Origin: a virus | Virus record (IMG/VR): IMGVR_UViG_3300023243_000351 | DNA length: 64,000 nucleotides | Direction: 5' to 3' (one strand) | In this document: positions 46,744 through 56,932 of the stretch, one piece after another | Position numbering within the stretch: the first letter of the stretch is position 1 | Layout of the letters: each line of letters begins with the position of its first letter | Translations under genes and position numbers: made by a program | Notes under the pieces: model-generated | What the model saw: only the letters and a program-made list of their open reading frames with translations | Databases searched by the model: none | Told to the model about the DNA's origin: nothing

Positions 46744-47781
46744 TTAAGCACTCTTCATACAAGTTGACTCTGTCATTGCTTTCCAGTTACCCGGGAAGCT
46801 CTTGTATAATTGTGCAATCTTAATCGCCATACGCAAACTCATTTCACGTAATCTGCTCTTGTTAGTATCCATAAACTCAATAATATCATCTTGTCCACAT
46901 TGTTCAATATCCATCTCAGCAAACAATGCACCACTCTTAGCAATCTGTTTGATACGCAATATTTTATCACGCATACTGTCCAGTGTAAGATCCAAGTAGT
47001 GACATCGTGACTGCAATGCATCCAAGTGATCACGTAGTTTCTGTGAGCGTACCTTGTCAAACTTCAAATTGGTGATAAAAATCACACTGCCTTTGAAATA
47101 GAACGAGTCGGGTATGCCTTCGCTACGCAATACTCTGGATTCTGCTAACCAACTTATCTTGCGTTTCTTACCTGAGTCCAACGCACCCTTGAGCAAGTTA
47201 AGAGAAACGTCATCCAGTAGGATTGAGTCACAGTCATCAAACACAACCAAACAGTTCTTATCCGAATACTTGTAAAGTGTTTGGTATAAGCCAATTGGTG
47301 TTGCGGCACCTTTAACCACTTCTGCTCGTAGCCTGCGTCCTGCAATCTGATCAAACAGTGTAGCCTTTTCAATCTCTTTCTCCACACCGTAACTCTTACC
47401 AACTCCTGGAGGGCCGCTAACGATCATTGCTGTAATCTCGTTTTGTGTTGCGGCTTTGGTCATGTCCTCTAGTATTTGAAAACGCTGAGCAATCTGTTCA
47501 ATACGTTCTGCGTCACCTACATTAGCATTTGGATCTGCTTCAGCCTGTGTAACCAATTGCTGTACTGCTGTGTCTGAGTCAGTTGTGAACTCGTAGTCAG
47601 CCACACTGCTTAATTTAATACGAAGTTTTTCTGGGCACCCAGGAAACTGGTTACCATTTTCTACTGTTACGAATCCACCGTTGGTGCCAGGTTGGAACTG
47701 TTTTACTAGTTGGAAGGTCTTTCCACTGACATCCATATTGCGATATGAACCGTTTTTAATTTTTATATACGCTGTAGACAT
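46744..47781 (-). CDS. AAA+ ATPase
   Basis: Walker A GPPGVGKS; Walker B VVFDDCD; IFITN; ALQSR. Confidence 0.88.
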   Translation of the reverse strand: MSTAYIKIKNGSYRNMDVSGKTFQLVKQFQPGTNGGFVTVENGNQFPGCPEKLRIKLSSVADYEFTTDSDTAVQQLVTQAEADPNANVGDAERIEQIAQRFQILEDMTKAATQNEITAMIVSGPPGVGKSYGVEKEIEKATLFDQIAGRRLRAEVVKGAATPIGLYQTLYKYSDKNCLVVFDDCDSILLDDVSLNLLKGALDSGKKRKISWLAESRVLRSEGIPDSFYFKGSVIFITNLKFDKVRSQKLRDHLDALQSRCHYLDLTLDSMRDKILRIKQIAKSGALFAEMDIEQCGQDDIIEFMDTNKSRLREMSLRMAIKIAQLYKSFPGNWKAMTESTCMKSA

Positions 47782-47785
47782 ATAT

Positions 47786-47866
47786 TGCTCCTTTGAAAAT
47801 TATAAAATTAACAGTTGTTTTCTTATTATATGTGTATTATAGACTCGTTTGGTCCTTCTGTCAACC
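47786..47866 (-). promoter_or_regulatory. sigma70 early promoter (divergent repeat copy)
   Basis: TTGACA (47864-47859), 17 bp, TATAAT (47841-47836); AAGGAGCAAT RBS. Confidence 0.8.
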
Positions 47867-47869
47867 TTT

Positions 47870-48037
47870 TTAATGTACCATTTCCCTCACATCCACATCA
47901 CACTCAACTACCCAATCGTTAAATTGGGTAAACTTATTAACTTCTACACCTAAACCAACTGCTTCATTTACAAAATGTTGTAGTAGCGAATTATAAAGTT
48001 CGTCTGGCATAGATTCTTCATCAAACTTAATTTTCAT
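47870..48037 (-). CDS. Small hypothetical early protein
   Basis: MKIKFDEESMPDELYN...; TAATG coupling. Confidence 0.55.
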   Translation of the reverse strand: MKIKFDEESMPDELYNSLLQHFVNEAVGLGVEVNKFTQFNDWVVECDVDVREMVH

Positions 48038-48330
48038 TATAACGCTCCTGTCCATCTAATTTCAAAATCTTCTAATATGTTACCACGTGCAAAGTTGGTT
48101 GCTGGTGCGGCATAACATGCGGCTTTAAGTATGTCACCCTTGCGAAACTTTACACCGTCCTGCTTAACAATAAAACTGTGAACACAGCGGTGGCTGGTAA
48201 CTTTGTAATACTTCTTGCCTTCACGGATCTCAATACCGTCAGCAAACTCTTTCTGCATGTCTACATTATCGCAACGACTGTTGTAGTCTTGAATCATTTT
48301 TTGCTTTAGGATTTCTAATTGTTGTTCCAT
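48037..48330 (-). CDS. Conserved small phage early protein
   Basis: GKKYYKV...VHSFIVK...GDILKAA..APATNFARGNI; start behind AAGGAG. Confidence 0.7.
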   Translation of the reverse strand: MEQQLEILKQKMIQDYNSRCDNVDMQKEFADGIEIREGKKYYKVTSHRCVHSFIVKQDGVKFRKGDILKAACYAAPATNFARGNILEDFEIRWTGAL

Positions 48331-48343
48331 TTTAATCTCCTTA

Positions 48344-48577
48344 TTATTCACAAAAGTCAAATGCGTATTCGTCAGTGTCACCGCATCTGTTCATTTCCAC
48401 GTTGCCGTATACTGCACGTAGTTGGATCAGTACACTTTTCATTGCATCCATTGTCATACCATTAATAAACATTGTACCGTTGTACCAGTTTCTCCAGTAG
48501 AACTCGTCTTTAACTACTGTATCAAGAACTGTATCAACGTCTTGCTCTACCATAAGTTCGAATGCGTTATCAGTCAT
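48344..48577 (-). CDS. Hypothetical early protein
   Basis: First gene behind promoter copy 3; ends EYAFDFCE. Confidence 0.65.
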   Translation of the reverse strand: MTDNAFELMVEQDVDTVLDTVVKDEFYWRNWYNGTMFINGMTMDAMKSVLIQLRAVYGNVEMNRCGDTDEYAFDFCE

Positions 48578-48581
48578 TTTG

Positions 48582-48675
48582 TTTAGCTCCTTACTAGTTA
48601 ATATACTTACGTATTATAGACGATTTTGGACAACAAGTCAACCAAAATTATAAGTTGTTTACAATCAGCTAGTTA
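48582..48675 (-). promoter_or_regulatory. Early-promoter repeat copy 3 with IHF-like site
   Basis: TTGACT (48641-48636), 17 bp, TATAAT (48618-48613); AAGGAGCTAA; AATCAGCTAGTTA at 48663-48675. Confidence 0.85.
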
Positions 48676-48682
48676 CGTGTGC

Positions 48683-49012
48683 TTACTTTTCTTTTTTAAT
48701 GCTGTATATGATGCCTTGCGGTGTCTTTTGAGTAGTAATACCTTCCGCTTTCCAATGTGCATCAAGTTCAGCTAACATTTTTTTATCCGCTACCCTAGCG
48801 TTTTCTACTTTAATTGCTATTTTAGTTTTACGAAATGTTTTGTGAACTTGCTTGTGATAATAAATTAATTCAAGTGCAAGACGCATCTGTTCAGCTTTTA
48901 ATTGTTGTGCTTGTGAATAATTTTGCTTGTGCATATTGCTAGTACCGACTGCGTTCATACGTGCCGCCCAAGCAAACTGTCCTGCGCTTCTGTTGTTAGT
49001 AGTATCGTCCAT
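48683..49012 (-). CDS. Hypothetical early protein
   Basis: Start reassigned to MDDTTNNRSAGQF behind AAGGAGCTAA. Confidence 0.65.
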   Translation of the reverse strand: MDDTTNNRSAGQFAWAARMNAVGTSNMHKQNYSQAQQLKAEQMRLALELIYYHKQVHKTFRKTKIAIKVENARVADKKMLAELDAHWKAEGITTQKTPQGIIYSIKKEK

Positions 49013-49014
49013 TT

Positions 49015-49119
49015 TTAGCTCCTTATTAGTATTATTAATAACTGTACTACAAGTGCTATTATAGGCTATTTTGGACAAACCGTCAACCGTTTATTTTATT
49101 AAGTAAATTCAACAACTTA
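49015..49119 (-). promoter_or_regulatory. Early-promoter repeat copy 4
   Basis: TTGACG (49086-49081), 17 bp, TATAAT (49063-49058); ATTCAACAACTTA at 49107-49119. Confidence 0.8.
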
Positions 49120-50255
49120 GCGGACTTATCAGATAGGAAATGCTGTTGATTGTGAAGGAGAATTTTACGCATGTCATGCTGATCAACCATGTGTTCCGAG
49201 TGGCTCATGCGGCTGATTTGTTCTACAGTATGTAAACATTGTTTTAGACGTTGTTCCGGATCTTCTATGCTGTCATAACTTTCGTCTATATAATCCCCAA
49301 ACGTCTTATAGCCCAACTCATGTAGTAATTGTAAACTACCCGATGCTCCAACAATAACAAATGGTTGTAGGTTTAGTATGGGCTTGAATGTTTTCTCAGT
49401 TAAGAACAAGTTATTGATGTGTGTTTCAACAATCACATTATAATATGCCTCCTGAAAGAAACGTGTATCTATTAGTTTGTGTGAGTTGTGTTCGTAGTCT
49501 TGTAAATCATCACAACGATATGGTGGAGTAAATCTTTCTAATACGGTATGGTCCCAAGTATCCCAATTACCAGTATCACTGTCCCTTGTTTCGTATTCAA
49601 CTTGGTACTTGCGGTCTGTGTAACTAAAGTATGCGTCATCAACAAGCCCATGTTCGACTAGTGTTGCGGCAAACAATCTTCTAAATGGTTTGTCCACACG
49701 GTTAAGACAAGTAAACTTTTTGCTTCTAATATCTGTGTTAACTTGCATCACATAGCCACCATCTGCATGCAAGTACTTGTAGTAGAGTTCGTCGTCTGGA
49801 AAATAAGAATAAAACTCGCCCTCTACTAGGGCATTAGCAATAGTAAACTTGAACTGTTGATACGGTATGTTATGTTTTGTTAGTTGCTCACGTATACACC
49901 GATCAATATGCCAATCAATGTTGTCGCCTTCGCTGTAATAGAACCATATAGTGCATAAGCCTTGTCGTGCCAATTCTTTAGCACGGTCACTTACCAATGC
50001 AATATAATCTATACTTGGGTCAAAGTAATTTAGATTTACAGGATATACACACTGTTCGGTTACATCACGTACATGTTCAACACGGTACTTGATATTGTGT
50101 TTCCAAAGATATCGCAGGAATCTAAATTCGTAACTGTACGGCGGGGAGATAGCAAGGTCCCACCATTGCTCGCTTCTAAATTCAATAGTGTTGTCTGTAA
50201 CTAAGTTTGGTAAGTAGACACCCCCACGTTCGTAGGTGTCAAATACAAATATCAT
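49083..50255 (-). CDS. Putative glycosyltransferase (GT10-like C-terminal motif)
   Basis: FTCLNR...NVIVET...FLTEKTFKPI...PFVIVG...LGYKTF..IDESYD. Confidence 0.55.
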   Translation of the reverse strand: MIFVFDTYERGGVYLPNLVTDNTIEFRSEQWWDLAISPPYSYEFRFLRYLWKHNIKYRVEHVRDVTEQCVYPVNLNYFDPSIDYIALVSDRAKELARQGLCTIWFYYSEGDNIDWHIDRCIREQLTKHNIPYQQFKFTIANALVEGEFYSYFPDDELYYKYLHADGGYVMQVNTDIRSKKFTCLNRVDKPFRRLFAATLVEHGLVDDAYFSYTDRKYQVEYETRDSDTGNWDTWDHTVLERFTPPYRCDDLQDYEHNSHKLIDTRFFQEAYYNVIVETHINNLFLTEKTFKPILNLQPFVIVGASGSLQLLHELGYKTFGDYIDESYDSIEDPEQRLKQCLHTVEQISRMSHSEHMVDQHDMRKILLHNQQHFLSDKSAKLLNLLNKING

Positions 50256-50611
50256 TTTTGACTATCACCAGGGCGAACCCTGTAATTATCCTCTACAGAG
50301 TCAGGTGTGCTGACTTCTATTATGGTACCTGCAACATCACAGATAATTTGGTGTGGGAGCAAAGGCACGTTGCGCCAAGTGTCGCCAGGCTTTAGTTTTA
50401 TTTCTTTCTCTGAAGCGTCTTTGGTGTCAATATACTTAACGGTATACTCACCGTCCCATACATACCATGTCTCATCTTTTTCACTATGGAAATGCATACT
50501 GAACCTTGCTCCTTGATTAAATTTCATTAGTTTACCACAGTACTTGTCGTTGGTAGCCCATATGAGTTCATGTCCCCAACCTTTTTGCACAAAGCCTTCT
50601 AGTCTAGCCAT
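50252..50611 (-). CDS. Cupin, sugar-isomerase-like
   Basis: KGWGHE, SMHFHSEKDETWYV, PH, EVSTPD. Confidence 0.8.
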   Translation of the reverse strand: MARLEGFVQKGWGHELIWATNDKYCGKLMKFNQGARFSMHFHSEKDETWYVWDGEYTVKYIDTKDASEKEIKLKPGDTWRNVPLLPHQIICDVAGTIIEVSTPDSVEDNYRVRPGDSQK

Positions 50612-50612
50612 A

Positions 50613-51368
50613 TCAAAAGTATGTTATGTTGTTACGTGGAAAAAAGCATTCGTTGTTTTGTAATGGTTTGATTTTCATAGTCTCCAACACTGCGGTCTTG
50701 CCTAAGCCCATTGCTAAACTGTAAGCTACACTTTGATTGCCCACAAATAGATCAGCACCTTCAATTACAGCGGCCATCTCTAGCATATCTTTTACTTCGT
50801 AGTGCTGTATAGGTCCAACCACGTTAACAAAATCTTCGTGTTCATGTTCGTTGCCTAGAAAAATAGCGTTTTCTCCCATCTTGCCATCGTGATACATTTT
50901 TTGCCACATAGCATCACCACGTTGTAAATCTCTATAACGCATGGTGCGATTGACCACAACAGGTGCTACCTTGTTGGATGCGGCTGTTAACCAAGTTTTG
51001 TCGTAATCCTCTACTTTAAATTCTATCTTGTGTGTGATACACATGGCCTGCACGTAGTTGCCTTCGAACCCTCTAAACAGCACACCGCGGAACTTGTCTA
51101 AATCAACATCGTGAGTACCGTCCCATACTATCACATCATCAATGTACGGCTGTGCCAACAACAACGGTTTCAGCATGTCAAAATCTGCTTGTGTAAAGCG
51201 ACCTCGGTGTGCTTCATCTACTTCTTCAGGTTTGTATGCGTAATCACTTACACAGTTTTCTATATTGTTGAGTGCAATAGCAATAGTGCCTCCACCCATG
51301 CGTTCCACAGCAAACAAACTGTAGATCAAATCACCGAATGTTCCCGAATGTTTATATACTTTGCTCAT
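50613..51368 (-). CDS. Putative GT-B glycosyltransferase (GT9-like)
   Basis: HSGTFGDLIYSL; MAAVIEGADLFVGNQS. Confidence 0.6.
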   Translation of the reverse strand: MSKVYKHSGTFGDLIYSLFAVERMGGGTIAIALNNIENCVSDYAYKPEEVDEAHRGRFTQADFDMLKPLLLAQPYIDDVIVWDGTHDVDLDKFRGVLFRGFEGNYVQAMCITHKIEFKVEDYDKTWLTAASNKVAPVVVNRTMRYRDLQRGDAMWQKMYHDGKMGENAIFLGNEHEHEDFVNVVGPIQHYEVKDMLEMAAVIEGADLFVGNQSVAYSLAMGLGKTAVLETMKIKPLQNNECFFPRNNITYF

Positions 51369-52261
51369 AGATATTCCAATACTGCTTTTGCTATTTTGTC
51401 TGCATCAAACAGACGGCTACAACGGAAGTCTTCGGGTCCGTGTATGCAATTGATTTGTCTTACTGGTTTGGGTTGTAGTTCATTACAACCAACACAATCA
51501 ATTTCACTTTTGATTGCGGTTACTTCTTTATCCCTGGGTGCTACACGCTCCGGCAGCAAGTGTGTGTGCAGACTGACCATTTTGGTTTTACTTGCAGACG
51601 CTATGTGATATGGCCCACTGTCAATGCCTACAAAACAATCAGCACCATCCATCAACAGTTTGGTTTGCTGTAGATTTAGTTTCCCTCTTGCATCCACAAA
51701 CAATGGGTGATCAACCGTGCCATCCTGCTCACTGCCAACACATACAATTTTAAAGTCTACACGTTCAGTAAACAACTTTTCAAATACTGCATACCAAGTT
51801 TCCCAAGCCATGTTTTTCATTGCCCAGTGCCACTGTCTTATGTGTATGCAGATGTACTTGTCTAGTTCATTGTCTGTCACGAACTGCTCAACCACAGTGT
51901 GGTCTTTTTGGGTAGGATACAGTTCGGGTTGCATGTTTTCAATGTTGCTTATGTCATTGCCAAATGCACGATAGAAGTAACAATCAACGTAGTGCATGTC
52001 TTTAGCTAATTCGTATGCATCATCTAGATCAATATACATGTCATACGTACTGGGGTCAGGCATTGCATTGGTATGATATAAATGACTTAGATGAGGATTG
52101 TTGTTAAACACATCCAAGAACTCTGTGGCCATGTCAACGGTTGAGCGTGGGAAACGTTTACGCAACTCACGTATAACACCGGTGGCCATAATAGCATCAC
52201 CTAGTGCGGCTCTGCGTCTTACCAGTATGCGTGTTTCAGGGTACTCAAGCGGTTTTTTCAT
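51365..52261 (-). CDS. Glycosyltransferase family 9 (heptosyltransferase-like)
   Basis: ALGDAIMAT, NNPH, FVGIDSGPYHIA, C-terminal CxxC...C. Confidence 0.85.
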   Translation of the reverse strand: MKKPLEYPETRILVRRRAALGDAIMATGVIRELRKRFPRSTVDMATEFLDVFNNNPHLSHLYHTNAMPDPSTYDMYIDLDDAYELAKDMHYVDCYFYRAFGNDISNIENMQPELYPTQKDHTVVEQFVTDNELDKYICIHIRQWHWAMKNMAWETWYAVFEKLFTERVDFKIVCVGSEQDGTVDHPLFVDARGKLNLQQTKLLMDGADCFVGIDSGPYHIASASKTKMVSLHTHLLPERVAPRDKEVTAIKSEIDCVGCNELQPKPVRQINCIHGPEDFRCSRLFDADKIAKAVLEYL

Positions 52262-53378
52262 TGTTTAAAAAGTGATCTATAGATTGATGAAGATTTTTGC
52301 CGAAGTCGTCGTTCCTATAGAGTTCAAAATTTTGTTCTATAAGTGGTTTGCAATCATTGTAGATTTCAGCAATTTCTTCTAGTGGTTTGTTTAAAAATTC
52401 TATTAGGCTTCGGCGAGCCGCGAGCAGTCTTTGCCATGGGTGTTCTATGTCATCATAACTGGTGTCGAATACATGATCAAATGTGTTGTATCCTTTATCT
52501 CGTAAGTACTTAACAGCGTTATGTCCGCCTACATAAAAGAATATTTGTTTGTATGCGATACTATTAAAAACTTTCTCGCTAAAGAATATCCCAGGACACT
52601 CGTAAAATGTTTCAACGGTTAGTCCAACAAAAGCTCTGAGATAAAATGCGGGATCTGTCTTTTCAACCTGATCAGTTGAATCTAGCGGAGGTAACGGTAC
52701 ACGATGTTGCATAAAAACACAGTCGTCAATGATATGCTCTCTATTTTCAACCTTGTGTGCTATGGTTTTTACATTCGTGTATTCATCTAGGTTTTCTTCG
52801 TCATTGTACTGTGTAATATCATGAGGTATGGCTGATTCTATGCACTTGTAATTAACAAGACTATCTTCGATAATGTTGTTTTTGTACAGACCTGCAAGCA
52901 TATATCTTCTCCACAGGATGTCTTTGGTGCTGGCCCAATAGAGTTTTTTGTCTCTAGGGTAGTTTATGTCTTGTGCAACATCTCGCCCAGATTCTATAGA
53001 CTGCTTGTCGAATATTAGATTCGAGAACTGCGAGAACTGACATATTCTGTACAACCCAAACTTTAGTTCTGGAATATTGCGAGATACATTACTTAGTTTT
53101 CCGTTAATTACTATAATTTTGTTGGGTATGCATTCAGCCAATGAATTTAACGGGGCTACCCATCCGACGTTTTCATCCACACTCCATGCCATGGCATTGA
53201 GTATTATCAATGTGTCGGCTGTTAATGTAGGTATGTTACTAATACTAGCAGATAGTCTCGAAATAAAATCAGCAATCCTGCTGACGTCCAGGACGTCAAA
53301 TTCTAACATTAGGTAATCATCAACAGGCAGTTCAATATCTACTTCTAGAGCATTATATACAAATTTATAATTAGCCAT
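52245..53378 (-). CDS. Putative glycosyltransferase, paralog of 49083-50255
   Basis: LTVET...FFSEKVF...GYNTF..FDTSYD. Confidence 0.55.
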   Translation of the reverse strand: MANYKFVYNALEVDIELPVDDYLMLEFDVLDVSRIADFISRLSASISNIPTLTADTLIILNAMAWSVDENVGWVAPLNSLAECIPNKIIVINGKLSNVSRNIPELKFGLYRICQFSQFSNLIFDKQSIESGRDVAQDINYPRDKKLYWASTKDILWRRYMLAGLYKNNIIEDSLVNYKCIESAIPHDITQYNDEENLDEYTNVKTIAHKVENREHIIDDCVFMQHRVPLPPLDSTDQVEKTDPAFYLRAFVGLTVETFYECPGIFFSEKVFNSIAYKQIFFYVGGHNAVKYLRDKGYNTFDHVFDTSYDDIEHPWQRLLAARRSLIEFLNKPLEEIAEIYNDCKPLIEQNFELYRNDDFGKNLHQSIDHFLNNEKTA

Positions 53379-53718
53379 TTTTTATTTCCCTTACTGGATC
53401 ATCCAGCAACTTGGCCATATGATTCTTCATTTGTATTCTTAGGTTGTTGAAATCTCTTATCTCCAACGCCCTGCGTCCAATTTCTGCAAGGTCAACGTTA
53501 TCCAACTTGCATTTTTTAAAGTCATCTTCCAAGTTCCAAATAGAACTGTGAAGATCTGCTAATGCAGTTAACCAGACTGATATCTTTTCAAAGTCAAATT
53601 CTTTCAACTGTGCTGTATAGAAATCTAGTTCTTTTTGATTTGCGCCATCAGTCCGCTTGTGTTTGACCTGTGCTATTGTGTATCTGTCTACCAGTTCAAT
53701 CAATGGAAACTTATACAA
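53371..53718 (-). CDS. Small helical protein of glycan loci
   Basis: ELVDRYTI...IWNLED...N..R..K.. Confidence 0.55.
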   Translation of the reverse strand: MYKFPLIELVDRYTIAQVKHKRTDGANQKELDFYTAQLKEFDFEKISVWLTALADLHSSIWNLEDDFKKCKLDNVDLAEIGRRALEIRDFNNLRIQMKNHMAKLLDDPVREIKNG

Positions 53719-54922
53719 CTTTCACCTCGGGAAAATATCTAACAAACTTGTCGTTCGGATTGTTTCTTTTTGTTAGTATTCTTGCTTTGATCTCGTCAAA
53801 GAAGTTCCATGCAAGCGGTACAAACACAACCTTGTGATTATCTGTGATGTTTTCTAATAGACTGGTCATGCTGACTACACCAATGTCTTTGCCTGGACTG
53901 TATGTGTTTTGTTTAAGTTTATTGTCGTCAATGATTGCATCCAGTGTTGTCTCGACATAGTTTAAAAAGGTATTACCTTTTGCAGCCGCACCGTAACCGA
54001 TGGCAGTGTAACCTTGATCTTGTAAATCAGTAATTGCTTTATCATATTGTTGAGCAATCTGTTTAGCACGAGTAGCCCACACTGAGTATATGTCGGGGGT
54101 ATACAGTTCTTTTTCAAGTTGTTTAAGATTGTGTATGTGCTGGGGTCTGGACTGGGTAGTACTAACAACAAATACATAACTGTTGCCATGCACTGGTGTT
54201 TTTACAACATCGCATAAAAACAAACCTGCACGTTCGCACAACTTTTGCATTGAGTTGATGTTGTAAAAGTTAACATGTTCGTGATAGATTGTGTCAAACT
54301 CGCCATTCTGTACCATTTCACTTTGACTTGTCTGTATAAACACATAGCCGGTGTCTTTAATCAATGGCTTAAGCAACTTTAAATATTCGTCAGGATTGGG
54401 GTTATGTGCAAATGCATTTTGTGCTACAACAATATCAAATTTATTATTGCCGATCTGGTCAACTGCATGCTGATCCCAAAAACCACAAATCATATCGTCT
54501 ACTACACTGCTGTTGGTTGCATATAAGTTTTCTGCTGGGTCCACACCAAATGTTCTGTAGCCTGTTGCGCTGTACATGCTTAATTGTGTACCGTCATTGC
54601 AACCAATGTCCAACACATTACCACGGGCTTTGCCCACATACTCCTGCGTCCACGCACTAAACCAACGCATGTATTCTACATAGGTTTGGCTAGTGCCGCT
54701 TACGTATGCGTAGTCTTTGTATATGATTTCTGGATCAACCACATCTGTTAACTGTAGATGGTAGCAATCAGTGCATCTGTTAACTGCTAGTGGATACAGT
54801 TCGTTTTGTCCAGGTTGCTTTAAAAAATTGTTTGCTAGTGGTTGCAATCCCAGATCTAGTGTTAACTCTAAGTTGTCACTACCACATGCAAGACACTCTG
54901 TGAGTGGTGTGCAGTTTTGCAT
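53711..54922 (-). CDS. NDP-sugar C-methyltransferase
   Basis: CLACG..LDLGLQPLAN..C..C Zn site; LDIGCNDG; FDTIYHEH; GYGAAAKG; LAWNF. Confidence 0.9.
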   Translation of the reverse strand: MQNCTPLTECLACGSDNLELTLDLGLQPLANNFLKQPGQNELYPLAVNRCTDCYHLQLTDVVDPEIIYKDYAYVSGTSQTYVEYMRWFSAWTQEYVGKARGNVLDIGCNDGTQLSMYSATGYRTFGVDPAENLYATNSSVVDDMICGFWDQHAVDQIGNNKFDIVVAQNAFAHNPNPDEYLKLLKPLIKDTGYVFIQTSQSEMVQNGEFDTIYHEHVNFYNINSMQKLCERAGLFLCDVVKTPVHGNSYVFVVSTTQSRPQHIHNLKQLEKELYTPDIYSVWATRAKQIAQQYDKAITDLQDQGYTAIGYGAAAKGNTFLNYVETTLDAIIDDNKLKQNTYSPGKDIGVVSMTSLLENITDNHKVVFVPLAWNFFDEIKARILTKRNNPNDKFVRYFPEVKVV

Positions 54923-54923
54923 T

Positions 54924-55643
54924 TTAGTTTTGTATAGGTTGTCCGTTTGGTGCTATACTTCCTTCTACACCAAGTACGGGAATTTCGGTGACTAAGTCAG
55001 CTGGCAAGAACTTGTACAACACATGCTCTATGTCTGCATACCCACCATCTGTTACTCTTTGTGCCATGTAATTCAAACTATCTTCGTATACCTTGACAAT
55101 ACGCTCTGTAATGTCAGCAGGCCAACTCCAAAGCCTAGCCATGTACTGCAAATCAATTCCAGTTACCCCTGGCGGAAATTGACTCTTGTATTTTTCGCCA
55201 ATGATAATCCTGTCTGCATATTCTTCGTACAGTGGCAAACTCTCATTGAACTTTCCATTTAGAATATAGCGACCTGACATTTTGTGAATCCTATCACAAC
55301 CGTCAAAGTCGCCGTCATCTAAACATAGGCGGAGTGTTTTACCAAAACACAATATCTCAGTACTGTTTTTTACAATATCCCAGTTATCAGTACCTTGATA
55401 AATCGCTTGGACTTCGGCGTCCTCACTGTAATCAATCAGTAAGTCTGAACGTTCTTCTAACAGGTCACTCTGGGAATCTGTTAGTGGTGTTCCGGTACAC
55501 TCCATTACTATGATCTTTGCATCCGGGACCCAACTCTTAATAGTGCTGAGTGTGGTGATCGTTTGCTGTAGCCTAGCCGCCGGACTATATACACCAAACT
55601 TCGAATTTACTGCACTTGTTACTACGAAACAATGTTTTATCAT
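54924..55643 (-). CDS. Putative glycosyltransferase
   Basis: FVVTSA...RLQQT...KMSGRY...DIEH; inside the glycan locus. Confidence 0.5.
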   Translation of the reverse strand: MIKHCFVVTSAVNSKFGVYSPAARLQQTITTLSTIKSWVPDAKIIVMECTGTPLTDSQSDLLEERSDLLIDYSEDAEVQAIYQGTDNWDIVKNSTEILCFGKTLRLCLDDGDFDGCDRIHKMSGRYILNGKFNESLPLYEEYADRIIIGEKYKSQFPPGVTGIDLQYMARLWSWPADITERIVKVYEDSLNYMAQRVTDGGYADIEHVLYKFLPADLVTEIPVLGVEGSIAPNGQPIQN

Positions 55644-56674
55644 TTACGCAACCATCTGTTGTTTTCTAGCGTCCAGTGGACCACTTGTTTTATACGTTCG
55701 CTTAGTTTAATTTTTGGCTCCCAGCCCAGTGATGCCAACAAACTACCGTCCAATGCATAACGCATGTCATGTCCCGGACGACTTGTGTGGAAGTCTGTCA
55801 TTTCGTAGTTGAGTGGCTTACCTACTGCTTCAGCAATCCATTGTGCCAACTGTAAGTTGTCAACTTCTTCTGTGCCTACCAAGTTGAACTTAGGACAGTG
55901 TGCATGTCCATAGTCTCCTGTGTGTACATAATCTTTAAGACCAAGAATATGCATTAGTCCATCAGCAACGTCCTTGGCATGAATGTACATTCTAGAGCCA
56001 GCAACTGTACGTGAAGGATCTGAATGAATTACAACCTTGTTGCCGTCACGCACGTTCTGTATGGTCATTGGAATGAACTTCTCAGGATGTTGTCGCTCAC
56101 CAAACACGTTCATAGTGTGTGTAACAGTGATTGGCATCTTGTAAGTATTCTCATAGGCTACACAAAACTCTTCAGCGGCTGCTTTTGATGCACTGTATGG
56201 ATTGGTACTGTTATACCTGTCATACTCTTTGTATGCTACACCCGGAGGTGCTATACCGTATATCTCATCTGTGCTAAAGTAAACAAACTGCTCAAGATCG
56301 GGCAAGTGTTTCCTTGCGTAGTCTAGCATGTTTACGGTGCCAACAACATTGTCTTGCACAAATTCCATTGGGTATGTGATACTGCGATCTACATGACTGC
56401 CCGCGGCAAGATGTAGCACAATATCTATGTGTCCAATGTCCTGTATAATTTGGCTGTTGACTTCTGCTTTGAGATCATGAAAGATAACTCTCATGCGATG
56501 AGCTACTTCTTTAGGATCATGCTCCTGTAGTACATCCCATAAACGGTTTAGGTTACCCGAAATATCTAGTCTGTCAAGACTTACAATATTCCAGTCTGTT
56601 TCTCGAAGGATCTTATCTATTACGTGATGCGCAATAAAGCCCGCACCGCCAGTAATCAATACTGTCTTTGACAT
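55640..56674 (-). CDS. dTDP-glucose 4,6-dehydratase-like enzyme
   Basis: TGGAGFI, HLAAGSHVDRSI, STDEIYG, PYSASK, HPEKFIP, RPGHDMRYA. Confidence 0.9.
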   Translation of the reverse strand: MSKTVLITGGAGFIAHHVIDKILRETDWNIVSLDRLDISGNLNRLWDVLQEHDPKEVAHRMRVIFHDLKAEVNSQIIQDIGHIDIVLHLAAGSHVDRSITYPMEFVQDNVVGTVNMLDYARKHLPDLEQFVYFSTDEIYGIAPPGVAYKEYDRYNSTNPYSASKAAAEEFCVAYENTYKMPITVTHTMNVFGERQHPEKFIPMTIQNVRDGNKVVIHSDPSRTVAGSRMYIHAKDVADGLMHILGLKDYVHTGDYGHAHCPKFNLVGTEEVDNLQLAQWIAEAVGKPLNYEMTDFHTSRPGHDMRYALDGSLLASLGWEPKIKLSERIKQVVHWTLENNRWLRK

Positions 56675-56717
56675 ATAACTCCAGTGTTGTTTGAATAAAT
56701 CTATTTATCGGTGTGTA

Positions 56718-56876
56718 TTAGTCGCTTGCTGAAACCTTGGGATTAATAAAACGCTTCACACAGGTCATAACTTTACGAGGTGTGTCAAAAACATATTCGT
56801 GTGTTTCACCATCTTCTGTAGTAACTGAAACAACATAACCATTTGCTACTTTGCGTACATCGATGTTTTCAAACAT
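56718..56876 (-). CDS. 52-aa hypothetical protein (not in the ORF track)
   Basis: MFENIDVRKVANGYVV...HEYVF; own promoter TTGACA (56936-56931), 17 bp, TATAAT (56913-56908) and GAGG RBS. Confidence 0.6.
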   Translation of the reverse strand: MFENIDVRKVANGYVVSVTTEDGETHEYVFDTPRKVMTCVKRFINPKVSASD

Positions 56877-56932
56877 ATTAGTGCCTCTTTTAGTTGATTA
56901 GATGTTAATTATAGGCTCTTTAGGGCACGTTG